From: a virus
Taxonomy: Duplodnaviria; Heunggongvirae; Uroviricota; Caudoviricetes
Direction: 5' to 3' (one strand)
IMG/VR virus record: IMGVR_UViG_3300029705_000018
DNA length: 13,979 bases
Shown in pieces: positions 1 to 7,694 of this stretch. The stretch's first letter is position 1. Each line of letters opens with the position of its first letter. Under the pieces are notes generated by a model, which worked only from the letters and a program-made list of their open reading frames with translations, ran no database searches and was not told where the DNA came from. Made by a program: the position numbers and the translations under genes.

Positions 1-330
1 ACTTCCACTTTCAATATCTACTGGATTACCATTAATATCTTCAGCGTAATTATTAGGATTTAATTTTACAACTTCTACTCCATCTTTCATAAGAACGGGA
101 TAATGTCCGAAAAATTCATCCCAAGCACTTGCGCCCGCAGACATTTCGCTAGCATCATCCTCATAAGAGCAACAAGTTAATGGATCTGAATTAGATAAAT
201 CAATAACAACAGTCATAGTCTTACCAAATGCTTTATTATATAATCTTACTAATTCATCTTCAATATGTTCTACATGAGAAGCACACCACTTATCTACTCC
301 ATCTTGAAGATTCATTCGTTCATAACTCAT
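1..330 (-). CDS. Putative tail-fibre/virion protein, N-terminal 110 aa (runs off the left edge)
   Basis: ATG at 330 with SD GGAGAG (340-345); open frame to position 1: MSYERMNLQDG...VVIDLSNSDPLTCCSYEDDASEMSAGASAWDEFFGHYPVLMKDG... The IDLSNS-P...AWDEFFGHYPVL segment resembles Firmicutes phage tail-associated proteins (recognition from memory). Not in the ORF track. Confidence 0.75.
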   Translation of the reverse strand, partial: MSYERMNLQDGVDKWCASHVEHIEDELVRLYNKAFGKTMTVVIDLSNSDPLTCCSYEDDASEMSAGASAWDEFFGHYPVLMKDGVEVVKLNPNNYAEDINGNPVDIESGS

Positions 331-336
331 TTATTT

Positions 337-765
337 TCACTCTCCTAAAATAAAATCACCAAGTAAACCTTCTCCAAGTAAAGAAGTTCCTCCAGTCAAA
401 GCAACTGTAATTATCTAGCCATTTTGAATTGAAAGAGAATAAGGCTAATTTGTTATTGAATCAATAATAATTAATGACTTTGCGGAACGAGTAGTTACCA
501 TTCCATTTTCATCAATAATAACATATTCATTGGGATTACCAATAATTTGATTCTATTTTTGATTCCAAGAATCTCTTTCTCCAACTTGTAAATGCACTTC
601 CTAATTATTAATATGATTATTTACATATTCAATATCAGCTTTAGTGTCATCAATAGCATTGATAATATTTACTAAGGTATCATTATTCGGATAGTCCTAC
701 ATATTAATTTTAGACCATAAATAAATAAGACCATCAAAGTCTAAAAATGATTTTGTTTTAGACAT
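337..765 (-). CDS. 142-aa virion-associated protein containing five in-frame TAG (Gln) codons
   Basis: SD AGGAGG then ATG at 765; TAG at 697-699, 601-603, 553-555, 445-447 and 415-417; TGA stop at 337-339. With TAG=Q it reads MSKTKSFLDFDGLIYLWSKINMQDYP...HINNQEVHLQVGERDSWNQKQNQ..., which matches the common phage fibre motif HxxNxxVHxxxxERxxWNxKQ. Confidence 0.85.
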
Positions 766-783
766 AGAACTTCCTCCTTATAT

Positions 784-812
784 ATTTTAACATAAAAATT
801 TTATAAAGTCAA
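784..812 (-). promoter_or_regulatory. Sigma-70/sigma-A-type promoter with extended -10
   Basis: TTGACT (812-807), 17-nt spacer, TG-n-TAAAAT (789-784); upstream of the 765 ATG. Confidence 0.7.
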
Positions 813-813
813 T

Positions 814-853
814 AAAAAAAGGGAGAGGGACAGTTATTTTATCCCTCTCCCTT
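814..853 (-). terminator. Intrinsic terminator after the 867-2096 gene
   Basis: AAGGGAGAGGGA / TCCCTCTCCCTT 12-bp stem followed by a T run on the minus strand. Confidence 0.85.
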
Positions 854-866
854 AAATTATTTTAAA

Positions 867-2096
867 TTAAGCGTTAGCAATAGCAGCTTCAATTTCAGCA
901 GTAGTTAAAGCAATTACTCTAGTATTAATTTCATTATCAGTATATGCCTTAGCATCAATTAATGCTTGTGCGGCAGCACCGTATGCATCATAAGTATTGG
1001 CGGGAATAGTATCCTGCTTCTTTGCTAATTCCTCATCAACATAAGTCTTATCGGCCTTTTTAGCAATTTCAGTAGCATTAGCGCTAACAGCATTCTGACG
1101 AGCAGTAACTTCAGCCTCTAAATCAGCCTGAGAAGCCTTTGAAGCGATAGCGTTAGACAATTCAGTCTTATCAGCAGTCTTTAGATAATCGCCTTCAACA
1201 ACAGCCAAACGACTATCAACGCCATTAATAGCATCAGACAATTCAGTCTTATCAGCAGCTTTTAGATAGTCATCTTCAACAGCCTTAACACGACTAGCCA
1301 AAGCAGTTAAATCAGCAGCCTTAGCATAATCACCAATAGACAAAGCAGTAATAGCGTCAGCAACATAAGCGCTAACAGTCTTATCACCAGTATCAACCTT
1401 ACTCTGCAAAGCTGCAATAGCTTCATTCATTGCAGAAGCATCATCTGGATGATCCTGAATCCAAGCAGCGATTTCAGCTAGAGTATCTAGAGACTCCTTA
1501 GCGTCCTCTGTGATTAACTGCTTAGCCAATTCTTCGTTAGCAATGGCACGAACAGACTTACCAGCGTCATCGCCCTCTAGAGTAGCAACACGACCAACTA
1601 AAGCAGTGTCATCATAAGTAGCAGCAGCCTGAGCGTCAGCGATCATCTGTACAACAGTCTTACCATCAGCAACTTCACCGACCAAAGATTCTAGTGCGTC
1701 AACTTCACCCTGTGCAGTGACAGCCTTGTCATCAGCAGCCTTTGCGGCAGCAGCATTAGCTTCTTCTGCAGCCTTAGCACGAAGAATTTCAGTATCTAAA
1801 GCAGCTTTAACAGAAGCAGCAGACTCAGAAGAACCACCATTAGCAGCATTTAGAGTTTCTTCTGCTTTCTTGTTAATATAAGCAACAATAGACTGTTGAT
1901 CAGTATAACCTTCTGGAATTTCACCAACATAAGAACGAAGATCTTCAATTTCTAATCCACGAGCAGTAGCCTCGCTTGCAATAGCTTCCGCAATTGCCTC
2001 ATCTCGAGCAGTAGCTTCAGCAGCAATTTTTTCAGCGATCTTGGACCATAAAGTACTTACGCCCTATTGGTCTAAAAATTTCTTTAAATCAGCCAT
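867..2096 (-). CDS. 409-aa Ala-rich coiled-coil virion/tail-fibre-like protein (true start 2096, one TAG at codon 11)
   Basis: SD AAGGAG then ATG at 2096: MADLKKFLDQ(TAG)GVSTLWSKIAEK... The frame is open from there through the tracked 867..1685 ORF. It contains the fibre motif LDTLAEIAAWIQDHPDDASAM and a 27-aa internal repeat. Confidence 0.85.
1155..1258. repeat. Intragenic direct repeat, 81-nt (27-aa) period
   Basis: agacaattcagtcttatcagcag is identical at 1155-1177 and 1236-1258 (YLKxADKTELSxAI twice). Confidence 0.85.
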
Positions 2097-2126
2097 TTTT
2101 ATTATCTCCTTTATTTTTTATTTTTT

Positions 2127-2588
2127 TTATTCGCAAATCTCAAGAATTTCTGTATGAGTTAAAGGAACTAATTTATTGAATAATTCTTGAGCATATGCCT
2201 TTGTAGCGTATTCTTCCAAAGCAATTTCTGGAATCTCAATTTTATTTAGAGCTTCTTGTAATTGTTCTTGAGTAACTAAGTCACTATCTACAAGCACTTC
2301 ATACTCATATAGCTCTTCATTCCATTGATATAACTTTTTCTCTTGGAATGCTTTATAGATGACATTTACATCACCAATTGCAGGAAAATTATAATGAGTA
2401 TTAGCATTAATAACTAATACTTTATCTTCTCCAAGATACTTTAAATCCAACCATTCATTGACACCGTCTCCAATTTTTAATTTACCAGTATCAATTTCAA
2501 ATCCAGGCTCACCAGGGGCTAAAACAGGATTTAAAGTGATCCAACTTGAAGCTTTACCTCTTTTTAATTGAATTGTATATGTAGCCAT
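2127..2588 (-). CDS. Virion protein with an Mtd_N / hyaluronidase-type N-terminal domain
   Basis: SD GAGGAGG before ATG at 2588; TIQLKRGKASSWITLNPVLAPGEPGFEIDTGKLKIGDGVNEWLDLKY is the Mtd N-terminal signature (IQLRRG...NPVL..GE.G.E.DTGK.KIGDG...W..L.Y). Confidence 0.8.
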   Translation of the reverse strand: MATYTIQLKRGKASSWITLNPVLAPGEPGFEIDTGKLKIGDGVNEWLDLKYLGEDKVLVINANTHYNFPAIGDVNVIYKAFQEKKLYQWNEELYEYEVLVDSDLVTQEQLQEALNKIEIPEIALEEYATKAYAQELFNKLVPLTHTEILEICE

Positions 2589-2603
2589 ACTTTTCCTCCT
2601 CAA

Positions 2604-2894
2604 TTAAAAAGGATCAGAGCCATCAATAGAGCCGCCGTCATAAATAAGATCACCAGATGGGGGATTATTTCCACCAGAATTACCTCCAGAAGAGCTTGAC
2701 ATACAATATGGATTAATTTCAATCCATTGCTTAGAGCCATTTAACATATAATATTTAGAACTACTAATAATAAAAATAGTGCTACCAGGAGTTAATCTAT
2801 TTTTATCTAATTGTTTTAAATCATCAATAGTATCTAAATCAAAATGCTTAATACCATATGTTATATGACCACTATTTGAATGAATATTAACCAT
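2604..2894 (-). CDS. 96-aa hypothetical virion-associated protein
   Basis: SD AAGGAGG before ATG at 2894 (MVNIHSN...); DTIDDLKQL...PGSTIFIISSSKYYMLNGSKQW motif, Gly/Ser linker, C-terminal IYDGG. Confidence 0.75.
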   Translation of the reverse strand: MVNIHSNSGHITYGIKHFDLDTIDDLKQLDKNRLTPGSTIFIISSSKYYMLNGSKQWIEINPYCMSSSSGGNSGGNNPPSGDLIYDGGSIDGSDPF

Positions 2895-3116
2895 TATAAC
2901 CCTCCTTTTTATGTAAGTAAATATCTTCATAATATTATAAAAAATTCATTGAGCATCTTAATACTTTTAGTCCAAAAATTTCTAAATCACTTTTTACTTT
3001 TGGGTTTTCGGCACTTTCGACTGGCACCGACCGGAGCAGGTTATCTGTTATATTCGGCCAAAAAATGGTAATATTTATCTAAAAATTTTTATATTTTATG
3101 AAAGGAGAGTGTTTAC

Positions 3117-3851
3117 ATGAAAATTATTACTAATAGAAATCACTCATATTTTATTAATGACTTGACCACAGCTGAACTCGGCAGCATTATTTTTGATACT
3201 GATGAAAATAAAATGTATATTATGTTAGAACCTGGTGTTCTAACTGAAATTGCTGCTGAAGATGTTGGTGTTGAAACACTAGAAGCTTTGACTGAAGCAA
3301 TTGCGGCTGGCGGTGAAGTAGTTGTTTCCGCAAGTATTGATGCTCCTGCTGGATTTGCCGTTACCGCAGACACTACTGTTGTAAATAATGGTGAAATCAC
3401 CATTAAAGAAGATACTGAAGGTAACGGTGTATTTACTGTAACTAATGGTACTTTAACTCTAGATGGTAAAGGCACTATCAATGGATTGGGTAATAATGAT
3501 TGGAGTATGGCCGTATGGGCCAAGGAAAATGGTAAAGTAATTATTAATAATGGTTATTTTACTAATGTTGGCGCTAAATCTGTTGAAGATTCTGAACATT
3601 TTGACTTAATCTATGCTTCTGGAAATGCTCAAGTTGAAATCAATGGTGGCGAATTCAAGTGCGAGACTCCTAAGTGGACTCTAAATATTAAAGACAAAGA
3701 CCGTGCGACCGCAAGCATTGTCGTTAAGGGTGGTAAGTTTCACGGCTTTAATCCATCTGATTGCGCAAGCGAAGGTCCAAATACTAATTTTGTAGCTCCT
3801 GGCTATAAAGTGGTTGAAGAGAATGGCGTATTCACAGTAATGCCAGAATAA
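3117..3851 (+). CDS. 244-aa putative beta-helix surface/adhesin-like protein
   Basis: SD AAGGAG; repeated beta-strand/Gly motifs (GTLTLDGKGTING, GKVIINNGYF, AQVEINGGEF, SIVVKGGKFHGFNP). It is the only plus-strand gene supported in the window. Confidence 0.75.
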   Translation: MKIITNRNHSYFINDLTTAELGSIIFDTDENKMYIMLEPGVLTEIAAEDVGVETLEALTEAIAAGGEVVVSASIDAPAGFAVTADTTVVNNGEITIKEDTEGNGVFTVTNGTLTLDGKGTINGLGNNDWSMAVWAKENGKVIINNGYFTNVGAKSVEDSEHFDLIYASGNAQVEINGGEFKCETPKWTLNIKDKDRATASIVVKGGKFHGFNPSDCASEGPNTNFVAPGYKVVEENGVFTVMPE

Positions 3852-3856
3852 AAATT

Positions 3857-3893
3857 AAAAGGCTGAGATAGAAATTCTATCTCAGCCTTTTTT
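3857..3893 (+). terminator. Intrinsic terminator (possibly bidirectional)
   Basis: aaaaggctgagataga-aat-tctatctcagcctttt followed by a T run. Confidence 0.9.
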
Positions 3894-3903
3894 GTTTTTC
3901 TAT

Positions 3904-3934
3904 AAAAAAAAATCCCCTCTCCGAAGAGAGGGGA
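3904..3934 (-). terminator. Intrinsic terminator after the endonuclease gene
   Basis: TCCCCTCTC-TTCG-GAGAGGGGA followed by T9 on the minus strand. Confidence 0.9.
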
Positions 3935-3996
3935 AGGATTCGAGATTACTTGATAACGGCGTAACGCTCGCTATCCAGCTTCTGCGGCCGTGCCGA

Positions 3997-4749
3997 TCAA
4001 GAGATTGGTAAGTCAGGCTCACGCACGAGATATTTATCGCCCATTATCATTTCTAATGTAATTTTATCTTTTTCCCAATATGGGATACGAACCAATGGGA
4101 TATTATGGGTTAATGCATATTCATTTTTAACAGCATCCCTTTGTTTTTGTAATTCTAATCCACCCCACTTATCAACACTATGATAATGTTGTTCTCCGTC
4201 AAATTCAATAAGGCGTACTATTTTATCATTTTCAACAATAGCAAAATCAAAACGACTTTTTGGCAAATCTAAAAATACATATTCCTCAATGAAATTAATA
4301 CCTTCAAAGATTAAACAATTTAAAACATTGGTCGCACCAACTGAACGATGATAACAGCCACAAGAAACGGTTCTATTTTCATCTTTTCTGCGCAATTCAT
4401 GGCCTCGAACTTCAATAATTTTTCCACAATCGCATTGACAAATCCAATATAATTCTCCGCCATTTCCTTTGCGCTCACTGCGTTGTTTAACAACCAATTT
4501 ACCAAATCGTTTGTTTAACATTTCTTCTTCACTTTTTTGGTATTTTGCTTTTCTTAATTGCTCTTGACGATAGCAACCACAGCTCGATATATCACCATTT
4601 CTCAATGAGATACTTTTTACACTTTTTATTGTGCCACATTCGCACTAACATATCCAATAACTGCCACCAGTTGTTTTTCTATTTTTATCTCTCTCTAAGA
4701 CAGTTAATTTACTAAATTTTTGATTTGTTAAATCTATTAATTTAGACAT
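3997..4749 (-). CDS. 250-aa putative homing endonuclease: two Cys-rich (WxCxCxCG...SCGC) DNA-binding repeats plus a C-terminal PD-(D/E)XK (DUF559/Vsr-like) nuclease domain
   Basis: SD AAGGAG then ATG at 4749 (MSKLIDLTNQKFSKLTVLER...YWIC(TAG)CECG); the second repeat reads YWICQCDCG; the C-terminus has RFDFAI...LIEFDGEQHY...RDAVKNEYA...LVRIPY. Confidence 0.8.
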
Positions 4750-4819
4750 TACACTCAACTCCTTCTATAATATATAAGGAATCTTTTGGAATATTAAATC
4801 TGTTTTGTCCAGAAATAAC

Positions 4820-4851
4820 AAAAAACCCGCCTCGCCGAACGGCGAGACGGG
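4820..4851 (-). terminator. Intrinsic terminator after the DUF2828 gene
   Basis: CCCGTCTCGCCG-TT-CGGCGAGGCGGG followed by TTTTTT. Confidence 0.9.
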
Positions 4852-4861
4852 CCGGCCGCAT

Positions 4862-6373
4862 TTAGCCGATAACCTCATAGCGAGGAGAGTCCAACTTCTC
4901 CATCATAAGATCCCAGCCAGTTTTGCCAGAAAGAATCTGTTCAAAAATACTAGGACTCATACCAGAAACATAAGAAATGTCTCTTACTCCAATATCTTCA
5001 GGGATATTGTTCTGTCTTGCCTGAACGTTCCAGTAGATAAGCTTAGGCATACGGTACCCATGACGAGCCCACTTATCTCTAATAGACTCCATCAAGGTCT
5101 GAGGGTTCCAGGATTGACGACCATAACCATGACCAGTTCCTGCATCAAATTCCATATCTGACAGAATTAGAATGTTCTGAGGCAGCTCATCCTGGCCGCA
5201 ACCATTATTCAGAGCGGTCTGCAGCAACATATCGAAGGTGGCTTCGATGTTGGTGCTCTCACACAGGTTGGTGCGGTAGATACGATAGACCTTGTCGCAG
5301 AAGTCTACGCCGCTGGTCTCGATCAGCTGAGGACGAGTGGAGAAAGATACGTAGTGGTTTGCGAAGGGGCCGTTAGCACGCTCGGCGCAGTACAGACCCA
5401 GGGAAATAGCTACGTTCAGAGGAGTTGCGTCACCGCCGTACCAGGTCATGGAAGCGGAGGTATCAACAACAGCCAGACCATTGAAGGACTTGCCGTTGAA
5501 GTAATCCTGCAGGTTCTCCCAGTACTTGTTCACCATCAGACGATCGGTGTTATCGATAGGCAGATGGCAAGCACGCAAAGCCTTGGAAACAACCTCGTAA
5601 GGATACAGAGCCTTGGCGTTAACCTTGGTGGTAGTATCCTTGGCGAAAGCCTCGTAGGTCTTGACCTCGGGATTGCGCTTCATACGCTCAATGTCGTGAC
5701 GAGCAAAGGCGTTCTTGTACTTGATACCGGCCTTAGAAGGGATCTTATCGAACTCGATCTCATCCCAACGACCCTCGGACATCAGACGCTCCAGGACGTT
5801 GATGCGGGCACGCAGAACAGACAGAGTCTTACGGTACTGCTTGGGGGTCATGCCAATGAACTTACGAACCTTGGCAGCAGTCTTCTTAGTCTTCACAGAG
5901 GAAGTGTTCTCAGAAGGCATCCACTTACCCAGCAGAGAAGGGGTCTTACATTGGACGTCCAAAGCCAGCTGATGTTTGACGATGTTCAGTGCGTCAGCCT
6001 CCAGAGGAGTACCGATGAACACGAACAGGTCATCCCATCGACCGAACTCAGGGACGTGAGTCAGGTTACGACGCATAGCGTCAGTATCGTAGGAAGCCAG
6101 CCACTTAGTAGCGACACGGAAGAACCGGCGCTCACCCTGGCCACCGCGCACGTCACGGATGTAGAACAGACACTTCAGAGCGTAAGAAGGATTCTCGTCG
6201 AAAGCCTTCTTAAACAGGAAGATAACATCTTCATCGGTGCGGGTACGGTAGGCCGCACCCATAGCGAACAGGTCCATCAGACCGTCCATGGTAGACTTAT
6301 GAGTCAGGGCACCATTCTCAGTGCGAGTGTAGTTAGAAGCGGACTTCATACCTTCCAGAAAAATATTGCTCAT
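4862..6373 (-). CDS. 503-aa DUF2828-family (TROVE/Ro60-like) protein with a C-terminal vWA domain
   Basis: TENGA, LFYIRDVRGGQGER, PEFGRWDDL and KWMPSE motifs of DUF2828; MIDAS motifs VVDTSASM and ILSDMEFD; SD AGGAG; noticeably higher GC than the flanks; no TAG codons. Confidence 0.8.
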   Translation of the reverse strand: MSNIFLEGMKSASNYTRTENGALTHKSTMDGLMDLFAMGAAYRTRTDEDVIFLFKKAFDENPSYALKCLFYIRDVRGGQGERRFFRVATKWLASYDTDAMRRNLTHVPEFGRWDDLFVFIGTPLEADALNIVKHQLALDVQCKTPSLLGKWMPSENTSSVKTKKTAAKVRKFIGMTPKQYRKTLSVLRARINVLERLMSEGRWDEIEFDKIPSKAGIKYKNAFARHDIERMKRNPEVKTYEAFAKDTTTKVNAKALYPYEVVSKALRACHLPIDNTDRLMVNKYWENLQDYFNGKSFNGLAVVDTSASMTWYGGDATPLNVAISLGLYCAERANGPFANHYVSFSTRPQLIETSGVDFCDKVYRIYRTNLCESTNIEATFDMLLQTALNNGCGQDELPQNILILSDMEFDAGTGHGYGRQSWNPQTLMESIRDKWARHGYRMPKLIYWNVQARQNNIPEDIGVRDISYVSGMSPSIFEQILSGKTGWDLMMEKLDSPRYEVIG

Positions 6374-6460
6374 AATTTAATTCTCCTTTTTCTCATTGAT
6401 TCCTCTTGGACAAGAGGAAAATTTTATTTTGTATTTCTTATCTCTTTACCTTACAAATAT

Positions 6461-6489
6461 ATTATATCATATTTTTTTTGAAAAATCAA
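6461..6489 (-). promoter_or_regulatory. Conserved phage promoter copy
   Basis: TTGATT (6489-6484), 17 nt, TG-A-TATAAT (6466-6461). Confidence 0.8.
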
Positions 6490-6495
6490 ATATGA

Positions 6496-7596
6496 TTACA
6501 TTGCACTGGACTTATCGGTATTGCATCGGCGGCACAGCATCTGACAATTGGACTCAATTGTCTTACCGCCCTTAGACCAGGGAATGATATGATCGGCGTG
6601 CATGGAAGTTCGAGCATAGTGCTTGCCGCAGATGGGGCAATAACCCTTCTGCTTCTCATAAACACGACCCTTAACTGCTTCGGGGAAAGTTCGAATACTC
6701 AAACACTTTTCGTCACCGCTCAGAACGTAGGCATAAACACCCTTTCTCTTGGTGACTTCTTCATCAGCCATCAGCTTGCTGACCATTTCTTCCAGCTCGT
6801 CGGGATCAAGATCTTCTTCACCGAATTCATTATACAACAGACCCCACTGGACACCCTTCATATCTTTACGATAGTTAGGGAAAGTTTCCTTTACCCAGTT
6901 CATTACATTCATAAAATAATCAACCAGGTGTTTTGCATTTTCATCCAGGTGATGCTGAGCCATATACTCAACAATATGTTCTTTACCACCAGAAATCCAA
7001 GTCAAAACAGTCTCCAGAAGATCCTGTCGATTAGGAGTGCCAGTCATATAATCGGCCGCAATCTGAGAAGCGGGGCAGTTGGTCTTAGAGAAAAACTTCT
7101 TTGCAGAAGTAAGCCAAGCGCCAGTAAAGTTGACATTTCTTAGCTCCTGGTCATTCAGCTTTTCGCCGTATGTATTAACGACACGGAACCATTCCATCTG
7201 TTCCTCTTTAGTACCTTCGCAGATATAAACAGATAACTCGTAGTTCAGAAAATCTTCATAACGCTCGGGATAAGTCTTCTTCCAGTTATGGATATACATA
7301 TCCTGGAAGTTAAAACCACCAGTAGCGAAAGAACAAATGGAAAGAGTTCTCTGCTGGCCATCAAGCACCTCAAAGGTACCATCGCAGTTATCGACCCAAT
7401 ACATGGTATTCAAAGGAAAGCCATGCATAACTGTATTGATAACAGCAACCTGTTGATCAGGTTTATAAATGAATTCTCGCTGATACTTAGGGCGTACATT
7501 TAACTTGCCGCCATAAGCTACAACGCCATTCTCTTCGTCATTTTCATATCCTGCAATAATTTCTCGAATAGCAATCTTCTTCTCGGTAATCTTCAT
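6496..7596 (-). CDS. DUF262 (ParB-like, GmrSD-type) plus C-terminal HNH endonuclease
   Basis: PKYQREFIY, VLDGQQRTLS, FRVVNTYGEKLN (DUF262 motifs); CPICG...HADHIIPWSKGGKTIESNCQMLCRRCN (HNH). Start taken at ATG 7596; the track's GTG at 7605 is possible. Confidence 0.85.
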   Translation of the reverse strand: MKITEKKIAIREIIAGYENDEENGVVAYGGKLNVRPKYQREFIYKPDQQVAVINTVMHGFPLNTMYWVDNCDGTFEVLDGQQRTLSICSFATGGFNFQDMYIHNWKKTYPERYEDFLNYELSVYICEGTKEEQMEWFRVVNTYGEKLNDQELRNVNFTGAWLTSAKKFFSKTNCPASQIAADYMTGTPNRQDLLETVLTWISGGKEHIVEYMAQHHLDENAKHLVDYFMNVMNWVKETFPNYRKDMKGVQWGLLYNEFGEEDLDPDELEEMVSKLMADEEVTKRKGVYAYVLSGDEKCLSIRTFPEAVKGRVYEKQKGYCPICGKHYARTSMHADHIIPWSKGGKTIESNCQMLCRRCNTDKSSAM

Positions 7597-7627
7597 CCAT
7601 ATCACCTTTCCTTATCTTTGTATATAT

Positions 7628-7656
7628 ATTATATCATATTTTTTTATAAAAATCAA
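7628..7656 (-). promoter_or_regulatory. Conserved phage promoter copy
   Basis: TTGATT (7656-7651), 17 nt, TG-A-TATAAT (7633-7628). Confidence 0.8.
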
Positions 7657-7691
7657 AAAAGTCCTTTATAATTAAATTATAAAGGACTTTT
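7657..7691 (-). terminator. Inverted repeat/terminator between the methylase and nuclease genes
   Basis: aaaagtcctttataat-taa-attataaaggactttt, a 16-bp perfect inverted repeat. Confidence 0.75.
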
Positions 7692-7694
7692 ATT

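Noticed and set aside
867-1685. Track starts at 1685 (TTG), 4605 (TTG) and the stop at 9440
   Set aside because: Artefacts of translating TAG as stop; SD-led ATGs exist upstream at 2096 and 4749, and the 9562 gene continues to 9320.
1-2588. Diversity-generating retroelement suggested by the Mtd_N domain
   Set aside because: No reverse transcriptase and no template/variable repeat pair with adenine-specific mismatches in this window.
3140-3523. 127-aa minus-strand ORF, and 2880..3071 on the plus strand
   Set aside because: Shadow of the 3117-3851 gene, or low-complexity intergenic frame without an SD.
5354-6481. 375-aa plus-strand ORF (also 4805..5161 and 5715..5972)
   Set aside because: Antisense shadows of the DUF2828 gene caused by its biased codon usage; no SD and no protein-like motifs.
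6589-7503. Plus-strand ORFs 6589..7143 and 7288..7503
   Set aside because: Antisense to the well-supported DUF262-HNH gene.
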